From Nageia nagi (Eukaryota; Plantae; Pinophyta): a DNA stretch of 64,000 nt. Under the pieces are notes generated by a model. The model searched no databases. It had not been told where the DNA came from and worked only from the letters and a program-made list of their open reading frames with translations. Location: contig JBITNC010000001.1 in assembly GCA_050084985.1 (NCBI GenBank), forward strand, positions 77,190,001 to 77,254,000, in the 5' to 3' direction. The position numbers were made by a program, and so were the translations under genes. Positions 1 to 11,547 of the stretch are shown here, piece by piece; positions within the stretch are counted from its first letter, which is position 1; each line of letters opens with the position of its first letter.

Positions 1-354
1 CTTAGGGGCAATTAAGACGGACTTACCACCACTTGGTTCTTCGGACTAAAAGGGCTCAGTCTGCCCTGTCCTCACCTCATGGCTCCCCAAACAAGTCATG
101 TTGTGGAAAATACGTGCGGATGTATTCATTTTAGGGGTTACTTTTCACATTTTTGCGTATTGCAAGTATAAGCAAATGTGCAAAAAAATATAAAGTAAGG
201 TGAAAAATACTCCATCCACACGAACTTGAAACCTTAAGAAGGCCAAAAAATTGAGTCCAATGGGTTTTGTTTTAACCCTAAAGGACTTTTACATTGATCA
301 TATTTTTCTTAAAGCACTTAATGAATTAAACATAAGAACTAAGTCCTACTTAGT

Positions 355-620
355 ATATCACGACTTAAAAATTTAAGTAAGCATGCATCATGCATTAAAA
401 ATTTAAGTCCTAAGCATACTTAGTATTCAATTCATAACATGCATTGTATCATGACTTAAAAATTTAAGTAAGCATGCATCATGCATTAAAAATTTAAGTC
501 CTAAGCATACTTATGCATTCTTAACATTTAAGCATACTTATAACATGCATTCTATCATGACTTAAAATTTACGTAAGCATGCATCATGCATTAGAAATTT
601 AAGTCCTAAGCATGTTTTAG
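355..620. repeat. Three copies of a ~65-bp palindrome-rich unit in the Copia leader
   Basis: TCA(C/T)GACTTAAAAATTTAAGTAAGCATGCATCATGCATTAAAAATTTAAGTCCTAAGCAT at ~358, ~449 and ~555. Confidence 0.85.
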
Positions 621-1365
621 CATTCAAATAAGATACATGCATCTAGATAAAATTTAAGTAAAAAATTTATACCAAGGCCCCCCCTTGTTACTTAAAGTTT
701 TATCCCTTTTAACTATGCTTAGAGAGTGCATATGCAGTTAATTTAAAACAGGCAATGTGGAGGAAAAGATGAGAAATAGTCTAAGTACTCCTAAGGGCAT
801 TTAATGGAGCAATTGACTTGGAAGCAAGTAAAAAATACCTAAGAAGAAGAAGTGTGCAAGTGGGAAGAGGAGACCCATACCCAAATTTTTAAATGCTGTG
901 GAAGGCTTTGTCTACCTTATGAAAATAAAAAATAAAAAAATAGCCTAAGTCAATAATCATTAAATGCTTAGTAGGAGGAAGGAGGAAGAGGAGGCTGGGC
1001 GGCAGGCGGTAGGGGAGACCAAAGTCGGTCGAGGGGCTAAGCATGAAGCGCGTGGGTGGAGGCGGCAGGTCGCGTGGGGTGGCTGTTGACCATCCCAGCC
1101 GCGGAGATAAGTCAGCGAGGAGGGAGACGTCGTTGCACATGGCGAAAGCGTTCTCCCCTGCTCTCCTAGGCCGTTGTCCGCCTCCGCTGTCTTAAGATTA
1201 AAGCGAGCCCTGCAGAATCAGAGACGAAGCACCAGAGAATGGGACGTCTCCTCTACCATGAGCAGTTGCCGGAGCTTTTAGCTAGATTGGGCAGCGGGGA
1301 AAACAGGAGGACGAGGAGGGAGGCGCAACCGACGCGAGGAGTTGTTGGGAGGAGAGCTGGCAAGC

Positions 1366-1617
1366 AACGTATCCGTTCGGTGCATATCCTGTGATCAACG
1401 ACAGCTCGCGGGACTTCCACAGTTTGCAGGCATGGCTGTTATGGCATGCAGAACGACAACAGGGGACAGAAATCCGGTTTGAAGGAGGTGTTCGGTTATG
1501 GATAAACCCTGTGCCAAATCTCCCTGTGTCTGCATCGTGCATCTTGTCAAGCAATTCACGGACCCATTCAACGTATCCGTTTTGGGTATATCCGGCGATC
1601 AGTGCAAGCCAGAAAAC
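1366..1617 (-). pseudogene. Captured PLS-class pentatricopeptide repeat (PPR) gene fragments
   Basis: Minus-strand translations VFWLALIAGYTQNGYVEWVRELLDKMHDADT (1525-1617) and LITGYAPNGYV (1366-1398) resemble the PPR consensus VSWxAMIAGYAQNG...ARELFDKM. Confidence 0.75.
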
Positions 1618-2497
1618 GTGTTGGCATCGTGCAGCCGGCGCGAGGAGGCGAGGAGGAGCGGCGCTGCGGGGCTGAGGAGCGGCGGAGCGCGGTGGGGAAG
1701 GCGGGCATGCACGGGGAGGTGGCCGCGCGGTGGCCACGCAGTGGGAGGTGGCCGCTCGCGCGGGGAGGTGACGGAGGAGCGCGGGAGGAGGCCCCCAACG
1801 TTGAAAAAATGTTGACTCCCCCAATAATTTTTTAAACAAATTTATATGATTTAATTTTTATCTAATGACCCCCCTTTGAAATATAGTCATATAATTTTAT
1901 TGTGACCCCCTAAATGTTATGTATTTTGAGTTTAAATAAATGTAAAAAACATAATAACAAAACATTTATATATTTGTGAATATTTTAAATAGATTTAAAA
2001 TCTAAAAGTATATAGAACTATTTGTGCTTTTTAAACAAATTGTCCTCCTCTTTATGTCAACAATAAAATATGTAAACAAAATTGCACCTTCCTCCCTTTT
2101 TTTTTTTGATATTGTTCACAAAAGACTATTGTAAAAAAAATCTTTTGAGTAAAAAATTGTAATATTTCTCAAATGTTGTATACTAACCATCTCCTTTTTT
2201 TTTGTTTGTTTAAATGTAGCAATTTAAGCACTTTGTAAAAATTGCAAGTAAACAAAGGTTAGTAATAACAACAAACAAGGAACATCATATTACAATTTTG
2301 TTAGCCATGTATTGCCCAAACAAAAAATGAGCTCAACACATAGCAAATAATGTTAGTATCATTAGTGCATAAGCCAAAAAAAATGAAGGAGATTATATGA
2401 AGGAGGTTATACCTTCTCTTGAATTTACCTCACCAAGAAGATTAGGATTAAGATCTCCAAATTTGAGAAGGATGAAGCACCTCCAAAATGTAGCTTC

Positions 2498-2593
2498 CAC
2501 ACCAAAAGAGCTTCCTCAACAAGGAGAGTTTCAACACCAAGAAGAGCTTCCTCAACAAGGAGAGTTTCAACACCAAGAAGAGCTTCCTCAACA
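2498..2593. repeat. 36-bp tandem repeat (~2.6 copies) abutting the PBS
   Basis: CACCAAGAAGAGCTTCCTCAACAAGGAGAGTTTCAA repeated. Confidence 0.9.
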
Positions 2594-2606
2594 TGCTCTG
2601 ATACCA
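2594..2606 (-). promoter_or_regulatory. Primer binding site (initiator Met tRNA)
   Basis: Reverse complement TGGTATCAGAGCA, 2 nt from the LTR end. Confidence 0.9.
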
Positions 2607-2608
2607 AA

Positions 2609-3105
2609 TGAAGGATTTGAACTAGATCTAAACAAATCCTCTAGGACCTTAGACTAGGAAACTCAAGATAACACATCTATAATTCTAAGAACATCATTCA
2701 CACAATATGACACCAATATAATGTGGTTCCTCCTCCTTGGGAGTACATCCACAACTAGCTCTCTTATTCTCAAATCTATGTCTCTCTTACAACTATTCTC
2801 TAGCTCTCTCCTACACAACCAAGTAGAGTAATCTTACTCAAAACTTAGATATGTTTACATGAGGAGAGGCCCTCTATTTATAGGTTGAGAGCACCTCCCT
2901 AACCTTCCTTTAACCCAAGGGTAAGGTTAGGGTTACATTAAATGTACCACCAAACTTCAACCTACCAACTAACTCCTTTGGTAAAGTCAAAGTCTATACA
3001 TTAAAGAATTCTATTAATCACTTAAGGTATCTACATACCTTTAAGTGATTAATTGAATTTACAAGGAGTCTAGATATTCACAATATTTCATTACAAATTC
3101 TAACA
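2609..3105 (-). repeat. 5' LTR (~497 bp) of Copia element 1
   Basis: Starts TGAAGG after PBS+AA and ends TTCTAACA. TATA box (plus CTATTTATAGG ~2874). Shares blocks with the 10350/18426 LTRs. Confidence 0.85.
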
Positions 3106-3208
3106 AGTGGCTCCCCTTCGTTTGGTTGTAGATTATAGATGTTTAGTTGTAGTAGTTTTGTATTTGCAATTTTGCACTTTACTCGAGGGCTTTTAGAGCT
3201 CTTTGGAT

Positions 3209-3750
3209 TGTCCGTAAGGACAAATTACAGAGCACACACAAAAGCAAGGAAAATGGAAATGGAAAGAGTAGAAGGTGTAAGGAGAGAGATTCTTGTAGAA
3301 TTATGCGAGTGTTGCTAGGAATCAAACACCATTAGATATCCACACGAAACAATAATTGAAGTGAAATAAATACACAAAGAAGTGAAAATAATAACACACA
3401 AGAATATAGGCAAATGGTTAAGCCCTAAAGGGTATCTTTATAATAATACCACTCTCAAATGAGCCACAAGGTGCACAACATGATTATGACAACATTCAAC
3501 CTTAAATGAGTGGTAGAAGTGTCCGTTAAATAGGTAAACAAAGTGCTACCAATCCATGTGATATGACCACAACTATTGGATTACACAACAAAATGTTATA
3601 ATCTCCAACCATGGGTTATCATTAATTGATGTATACGCTTATATTACAAATCAGATCTAAGCATGTGGCCTAGTATTCATAAATACTTAAATGTTAATAA
3701 ACACAAGGCTTACACTAATTCTAGCTTTAACATCTATCACCCTCCCTTAA
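3209..3750 (-). mobile_element. Probable 3' LTR remnant plus polypurine tract of another LTR element
   Basis: Ends CTTTAACA at 3731, followed by the pyrimidine tract CACCCTCCCTT. LTR-like composition; left boundary uncertain. Confidence 0.45.
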
Positions 3751-4776
3751 GTTAGACTTAGGGGGTTCAACATCACTTGCAAAGAGGAAAAGGTGTAATC
3801 ATTATAACACTTCTCATGGTGCTAGGAATAGGAAGAGGGGGGTTAACATAATATGTAGAACATCTTCTCAAAATATTGTTGATTAAAGAAACTTGCTATG
3901 ATGACTTGGCAAGGAGGATGAAATTCATTTGTATTTCGACCATCCTCCTAAAAATCACTCTCCTCTGTAGGTGGAAATGACATTACCTTGAATTGACATG
4001 ATGATGCCATATAAAAGATGCACCTAGTAGGATTTAATCCCTTGAAGAATTAGGGTTTTTGCAAGTGCTTGGAGGTAATTTTACAATTTTGTGGATTTGG
4101 AAAACTAGATGCAAAATTTGTTCGACAAAATAGAAGAGGAAGTTGTTTTGGGGTTAGGATCCAAATTTTGGCTCATTTCAATGGTCAAATTGGAGATGGT
4201 GCCAAAATAAGTGTTTTCACAAATTTCAATTTCTGGGAAATTGGTGTTGAATTTTGTAATTTTGGAACACTTGTAGATAATTAGAGAGGGTTGGAATTTT
4301 TTTCTTAAGCATCAAACTTTGAAGGGTTTCTAGCCAATTGAAGGTTAACAAGATTTAAATTACGTGAATTTTGACCATGAGAGGATCAAAATATTGGTGG
4401 ATGCAATTTAAACAGTGATAAGGTATGTGGATTCCTAAGGTGCCATGTGACAAATTACAAGTTTTGATTGTTTTGACCAAAGTTTTGCTATTTTATGCCC
4501 TTCGTTTCCAAACTTCAGCAAGTTGTAACTTTTGATTTGTGTGGACTTTGGAACAATTTATTTTACTTTTATTTTTTATCTTTACTTATTTTTTTAAGAT
4601 GCATGCATTTATCTTTTCAAATTTTGGCCATGGGATTTTAGTGAGAACCATATTGGGCACATCCATTTCAAATGGTAAGATAGATGGACAATGCACGTGT
4701 AGGTTATGATTATTGGAAGCGTGTTTCTGATGATATTGAGTCATCCTTAGTTTTATGGCACTTGTGTGCTTTGACT

Positions 4777-7700
4777 CAATGGAATTACTTGGCTAGGAAA
4801 ATTTTGGAGAGTACTTGACAAATCAAATAGTACTAATGATAATTGATTGTTTGTGCTCATTAATTATCGTCAAAAATAATAAATAAAACAATGTATATAA
4901 TCATAAGTAAAGTAGTTCTAAATTGTTAAAGTCTAAAGTCTAAACTACTAGTGCTACAATGTCCTTGGTTCACTCCTCACAACATTTGGTGGCAAAGGAA
5001 GTGGCACATCATCATCCTCAATAGGAGCATTAGCCTCAAGTATGTACTCATCCTCGTCCTCAGGCTCCATTTGAATTGTAGCTGTTTCGCTAGATGTATC
5101 TTTACCTGTTGCTTCCCTTTCAAGTTGCTCGATGTCATCCTCAGTGAAGATGGCTTTCACATCTTCAACCCACTCTACTAGTGGATCCATAGAATCAAGG
5201 TCAATGGCATCATAGGAATTTTTGTCCCCCACTTGTGTGACATGAAGGTAAAGATTGTATTGGACAAACACAAGTTCATTAAGGTGCTGCTAGCTCAACC
5301 TATTGCGTCTCTTAGTATGAATGCTCCCAAACATGGACCAATTGCACTCACACCTAGAAGCGCTACAAGTTTGTCTCAATATCCTCACTGCCAACGTTTG
5401 AAGAGTCAGACACTGAGTACCATTATCTTCCCACCATAAACCTGCAAAAAAGAAATGACATTTTAAAAGACGCAATCCAGATTTTATATTATGTAAATAC
5501 TAAATTCTAAAAAGACCCTACTTTTAGAATTTTATTGATTTTTAAGTTACTACCTTGTCGCAAGGTTGTCCTCAACATTTTACAAATAATTAAAGAAAGA
5601 ACCCTCAAATTGCCTTTCTTGTAGGCTTGCATCTCATCGAGATAAAAACTTTTGAGGTGATTCTAAGGGATCATACTCTCTATGCAAGTATAGAGGCCAT
5701 CCATAACCTTATGATTGACCACAAAATTATCAGCATAAAAAAGCTTGGGATTGAAGTAGTACCCTACTGCATGTAAAAGTTGATGGAGATGATGGGTCCA
5801 TCTCCTATCAACGATACTCTCAATGGGATCCAATTTATTTCTATTTCTTCAATACATATGTTGGATAGCCTCATTTGCCCAATCTATGGCCTTATACAGA
5901 TAACCCATCGACAACAAATCACCATCTACAAGACGAAGAACCTTGACCCAAGGTTCTATGACCTAGATATCATAAAAAAACAAATTTAGATATACAAATT
6001 TAAATTTAAGTAAATAAAAATACAAAGTTACAAAGTTACAAACTAAAAATTGGAAAATAAAAACTCATAAAAAGAATGAATTTAAATTACCTTCAATACC
6101 TTCTCAACGCCCTTCCAAAAGAAGTTGTTAAACACTATTTTAATGACCTCCTGATCTTCACTATGATGAAAAGAAGACTCCCTCCATTGATCAGTAATAA
6201 GCATCTTCTTAAGAGGAGCTTCTTCATCAAAGAGGCTTTGTAATGCAAGAAAATTGGAGGCAAATCTAGTGATACCTAGACGAATGAACTTCTTACCACT
6301 TGCGTGCTCTCTCATCAAACTAAGCACCCAAGTGTGGTTATAGATGAATTTGATAATTATTTTTGTTTCTTCAGCCACACTTTTAATCCATGCAAGCTTG
6401 GCAATGTCCTCTAGCATAAGGTCAATCACATGGATTGCATATTGACTCCAAAATAAGGTGTGTTATTTCCTCTCAAGTATTTCCCTACAATGCTAAAGTG
6501 TTGTCCGTCACAACTTGGACAACATTCTCCACACCCACTTCCAACACCACTTCCTTAAGCATTTTAAAAAGTATCGGTGCATCTTTTATTTTATCATATA
6601 CATCAATCGACTTCAAGAAGACTATTGATCCACTTGATGCCATCGTGAAGTTGATAAGAGTATGATTCTTCACATCTACCCACCCATTTGGCATAATAAT
6701 GCACCCATGTTTGTGCCAATTCTTTCTTTGCTCATCTAATAGGGCACATGTGCTAACAACTACATCCTCAAGCAAAGGACCACTGAAATCCTTTGCATTA
6801 GGGGCCCTCATTTCTCTTTCAACATCGATGAATGCATTCTCCATGGCCTCCCAATAAGGACTACTTGCAACATTAAAAGGAATGTTATGTTGCAATAGTA
6901 CCAAAAATTTGCAGCTATTGCTCTGGCTGTTTTGATTTTTTTTGTTCCCCGTGCTGTAGTGTCAAGGGAAGGTTGTGTTGCTGAATGAGGAACAAAAAAA
7001 CCTTGCATGGTTTGACACTTATTGAACTTGTAGTTGTTGAATTGTCATTTGACAAAGACACTAATATTGATTCTTCAAAGCCCAAGTTCCCCCCTATCCG
7101 TGCACCAATTGCCATCTTCGTCATTTTCTTTTCTATCTTCTTTTGTGAGTGTGTAGCAAGCAAGGCTTGCATCTCATGTGTGACCTTGGGAGATGCAACA
7201 TCACAAAGTGCTACATCTTTATTAGGTCGCCTTGCAATATGGTGTTTTAATCTATTGATGCCACCCCTATAACTTCTTTTGCAATAATTACAAATCACTT
7301 GGTTTACAAGATCACCCTTTTGCCATGATTCCAAGCAATATTTGTCGTTGGGGCTAAAGGAGGTGCATTTGAATGGCCCTCATTTTGAGTTGGCATTTGG
7401 AAAGTGCAAAAAAAGTATAAAACTTGTTAAAAGCTCTAACCATAGTATGAAATCCTAACCCTAATTTAAAAAAAACAAATTTACAAAATATTCAAAAACA
7501 AAGAATATCCATTTGAAGTATGGGCACTAACATAAACATACAAAGAAAAAAAACTTCCATGATGGAAAAAAAAACCCTACCTCTTCAAATGCATGGTGAG
7601 AATAAAAAAACTAACAATTAGATAGCTAAATCTTGTGAAATCTATGGCGAAAAGCTTGAAATCCACGATGAAGCTCTTCAGATAGATGGTGAACCTTCAA

Positions 7701-7947
7701 ATCCTTCACAAACTAACCTGCAGAGCAAAAGAGTGAGCAAACACAATGAAATGAGTAAAATAAGACATAAATAGGTAGTTTTGGATGGCGTATTGTGTAA
7801 ATTTCATTTCGTTTTTGACTTAGCTGGTTATCCATTGATTACTCGTTAGTCAATCGGGAGTTTTGGTTTCTTTGCTTCAGTTACTTGGTGTCAAAATCAC
7901 GGGTTCTTAGGGTTTAGCAACAAGAAATTGTGGTTTTTCGAACATTT
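4777..7947 (-). mobile_element. hAT-superfamily DNA transposon
   Basis: Exact 8-bp TSD CTTTGACT at 4769-4776 and 7948-7955. Encodes a hAT transposase. TIRs are degenerate. Confidence 0.85.
4954..7396 (-). pseudogene. hAT transposase (BED zinc finger, DUF659, C-terminal dimerization domain), frameshifted, intron-containing
   Basis: CNYCKRSYRGGINRLKHHIA (BED); GCIIMPNGW...VVQVVTDN (DUF659); LAVRILRQTCSASRCECNWSMF...KRRNRL (dimerization). GT-AG introns at ~5442-5554 and ~5963-6090. Confidence 0.9.
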
Positions 7948-10039
7948 CTTTGACTATGCAAGAGGTAATAGATGATGTTGCTTAGGACATGAATCCCATG
8001 AGTATTAGGTGTATATATGGGAGCACTTTGAAAGATTATCTTTTGAGAGGTCATATGGATCTCTGCATTTGAATTACAAGGATGATAGAGAAGTTGCAAT
8101 TTAACAAGAGATTAGTTAGCAAATCTCATGTTGAGGATTCTTCAATCGTGGATCCATGCATTATCTTTTTGACTTTGTGGATTTCAACAAGGTAGGTGTT
8201 TGCTTATTAAATACTCATGAAGATTGGTAGAAGGGTTGTGATTTTGTGATCTGGCATGCACTTCGGGGTGTTCCTTGCATGAGTGTGGAGATTTCATGTA
8301 TTGATGCCATTCGTTAAAAATATTGTGATGACGTTTCTTTTGAGGATACATCTTTTAGTTCTCGCCTTTTTGTGTATCATGTGAATTGTGGGATGTCTTT
8401 ATCATATTCATTACAAGATGGTGATGGTTCTCATTTGTTGGTTCTAGTTGATCGTCTCAATTGAATTGAGGAGAACGATAATGCTTTTGAGGATGTTTAT
8501 GATGAAACTTTTGATGGGATTAGTTTATAGGATTTCACTTTGAAACCTATTATGGATAAGGAGGATATTTTACCAATGATAATGAACATGAACATTATGA
8601 TTGCTTAGTTAGTGAGCTTGATGTTGTTTCCATGATTGAGGGAAAGCTTAATTGCGTGGTCTCAATGGTAATATGAATCAATGTCACTCATGTTATGGTA
8701 TATATATTAGGCTCCATTGGTTAAGCAATCATGATGTTCATCCCCATTCTTGAGGGTAAAATATCCTTCTTACCCATAAAAAGGACCAAAATGGGATCCT
8801 CAAAACCAATTCCATCAAGGATTGCATCATAAACATCCTCACAAGCATTATCAACGTTCTCCTCAACACAATTTAGGTGACCAACTAGACCTAACAAGTG
8901 AGAATTATGACCATCTCCTAATGAATGTGATAAAGACATCCTACAATCCACATGATGCACATAAAGGTCTAAAAGATGTATCCTCATAAGAAACCTCATC
9001 ATGGATGGCCAAAATCTCAAAGGACCTAACTAAATGCAAAAAATTGCCATCCAACACTACTTGAATTCTTCACACTCATTGAAGAATTTCCTCCAAGAAT
9101 TCTCACAATCTTGCTTCCAATCCTTGTGAATGATTGAGAGGCAACCACCTATCTCATTGAAATCTATTGAAGGCAAAAACATAATGCATGTAGTTATGAT
9201 TACAAAATCTTGAGCATGAGATTCACCAACTAATCCCTTGTCAAATTTCGCATCACTATCTTTTTTAGCATATGAAGAAGAATCCACAAAATTATAGGAA
9301 CCCAAGGTCACAATTGCATAATCTTTATTATCCTCATGATCTTAATGCTCTCACTTAGGAAACCAAATGAGCTTTCAAAAGCTGTCAATCGTAATTGCTC
9401 CCACATATAATCCCATGGATTTATGTCTTGAGGAACATCACCCACTACCTCCTGTGTTGTCAAAGCAAGGGGTGTCATTCAGATAAGGATAACACCAGAT
9501 CCTCATACGAATCCTCGTTAAGATCATCAGAAACACACTTTCAATAATCAAAACATAGGAGTACATTTTCAATCTATCTTGTCAAACAAAATAGATATAC
9601 CCATTAAACATCACTAGATCCGTAGCAAAATGCTCAATAAGATTTTGACCAAGATCCCACAACCAAAATCTGAATGTATAGATACATAAAGCTTCAAACA
9701 AATAGTTGATTTACAAATTTTCATGTGGTATCTTAGGAGTCCACTTACCTTATCGCCTCAAAAATTGCACCTACCGAAAATTTGATCCTTGAATTGTCAA
9801 AATTCACAAAAACTTGAATTTTTCAACCATCAAATGGTTGGAAACCCTTCAAACTTTGATGCAGTAGACTAATTCTTTGTAAGCATTTCAGACTCACAAC
9901 AAAAATTGTGAATTTTTGCACGGATTGTAATTTATGAAAAAATTCTTTTAGCAATATCTCCCAATTCGGTTATTGAAATAAGTTGAGATTTGGACAGTAG
10001 TCCCAAAGGGACTCCTTATTCAATCCCAAGCAATGGATT

Positions 10040-10150
10040 TTGTTTAAACCAATACTGAAGAGGCAGTTTGCTTGCTTATTCCGAGTAGTTGCTCCCTTAG
10101 CTCTAGATGCTTCGTCAGTATTGAGCTTAAACTAACCTAGTGATGGATCT
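10040..10150 (-). mobile_element. Non-LTR (LINE-type) RNase H fragment
   Basis: Minus translation PSLG*FKLNTDEAS resembles the KLNTDG(A/S) RNase H motif. Confidence 0.5.
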
Positions 10151-11547
10151 TGTGGCAGGGTTGTTCATTAACTCCAAGATCAAAAGTATTTTATTAGCTT
10201 TGAAATAAGAATAAATACATTGGGAAATGACTATGTATTCACCTTCTTTGGTGACCCTTGAGATTCCTCAAGAACTCTTCACATTCAGTAACTTATGACT
10301 CTTAGAATTCCACTATACTTTAAGCTACGAATTTACTAAATATAGTAAATGAGAGAGTTGAACTATAACATAAGCAAATCTAAACTCCCAAGATCACATG
10401 AAAGCTCACAATTCACATCTAACAAACTCACAAAGCAATCTCACAACACAACACAAGATGTAAGTGGTTCCTCCAACTAGAAGTACATCCACTAACTAGA
10501 TCTTTACTTCAATCACAAATACAGCTCTCTTACAATCCTTCTAATCTTAACTCCTAAGCACTATCCTATAACATAACTTTACTTCACAATTGGTGTATGA
10601 TCTAAAGAGGGAGCCTTCTATTTATAGGCAAAAATCCCTCTTTGGATCACCTTTTAATCCAATGTACAAAAGCATAACATGCACATCGTTTTACCCAAGG
10701 GGCATGCTCATGACATGGAGTGTAGGACAAGTTACATTATCATATTCACTTAAATACTTAAGGTATCAAATGATACCCTTAAGTATTAGTGAACTTACAT
10801 AAAAGATTATTACATAATCTTTACAATAATGCATTATACATTTCAACACTTCCCCTTAATGCAATATTGGGATAGAGCGAATAAGAGAGAAGAAGAAGAG
10901 AAAGTAAGAGAGTTCTCCTCCAAATAGATACAACCAAAGATGAGAACTTTTTATATATTTGTGAAGTAAGCAAGATCTAGTTTGAGACACTATTTTGCCA
11001 AATACAATCATTAACCACAATCGGTTTCAATGTGCATAAAGTACTCATTCAAATGGAAGTCATAAAGAGTCTCCAAGAGCCTACATACCTAAGGTAAGTA
11101 ATCTGCAATCTCAAAAGAACTTGCAAGTCATAAGCAGCTCAAATAACAAGATCAGTTAGATGCAATATATTCATATCAACAAGGATAGATGGATCACACA
11201 AATGCCATCATGAATGATCAATGGTGCACTATAAGTCATCATGAAGATGCTATAAAAAAATAGTCACTTGTATATAAAAAACATGTGTTGATTTACAAAA
11301 TAGAGCATGCACATACGAGTTCCTCACATATGGATAATTGAACAGTGCCAAAAGACACTAAAAGTTCCTCACACATGGATAACTGAATAATGCTAGATTG
11401 GCCAATCTTTTTGCTTTTAAAATTTTGTACAAGTTTCTCACGCAGAGCGAACTTACCACGAAGGTGTACAATAAAATCAACACTATACAGCACAAAATCC
11501 TTCGAAAGGTGAAGTTGTCATCACAAACATGAATTCAACACAAGAAT

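Larger units (their letters stand above)
1..3105 (-). mobile_element. Ty1/Copia LTR retrotransposon, 5' part only (5' LTR + PBS + long leader); coding region lies left of the window
   Basis: TG...CA LTR 2609-3105 next to Met-tRNA PBS (plus TGCTCTGATACCA, 2594-2606). Bases 1-300 align with 15999-16300 in the leader of the full Copia at 10350-18924. Confidence 0.85.
4160..9995. repeat. Large degenerate inverted duplication (left arm ~4160-4776 + 7948-8610; right arm ~8720-9995)
   Basis: Collinear reverse-complement blocks, e.g. 4310-4350 vs 9820-9862, 4416-4460 vs 9710-9757, 8425-8608 vs 8721-8908. Confidence 0.8.

Noticed and set aside
889-1839. Overlapping Pro/Arg/Ala-rich ORFs as a real gene
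   Set aside because: Expected from GC-rich sequence with few stops. Only short PPR fragments are recognisable, and they lie inside a TE leader.
2397-2657. 86-aa ORF with EELPQQGEFQHQ repeats
   Set aside because: Translation of the 36-bp tandem repeat running across the PBS into the LTR.
10590-10802. Duplicated 70-aa ORF (also 18666-18878)
   Set aside because: Lies within the paired LTRs; duplication reflects LTR identity.
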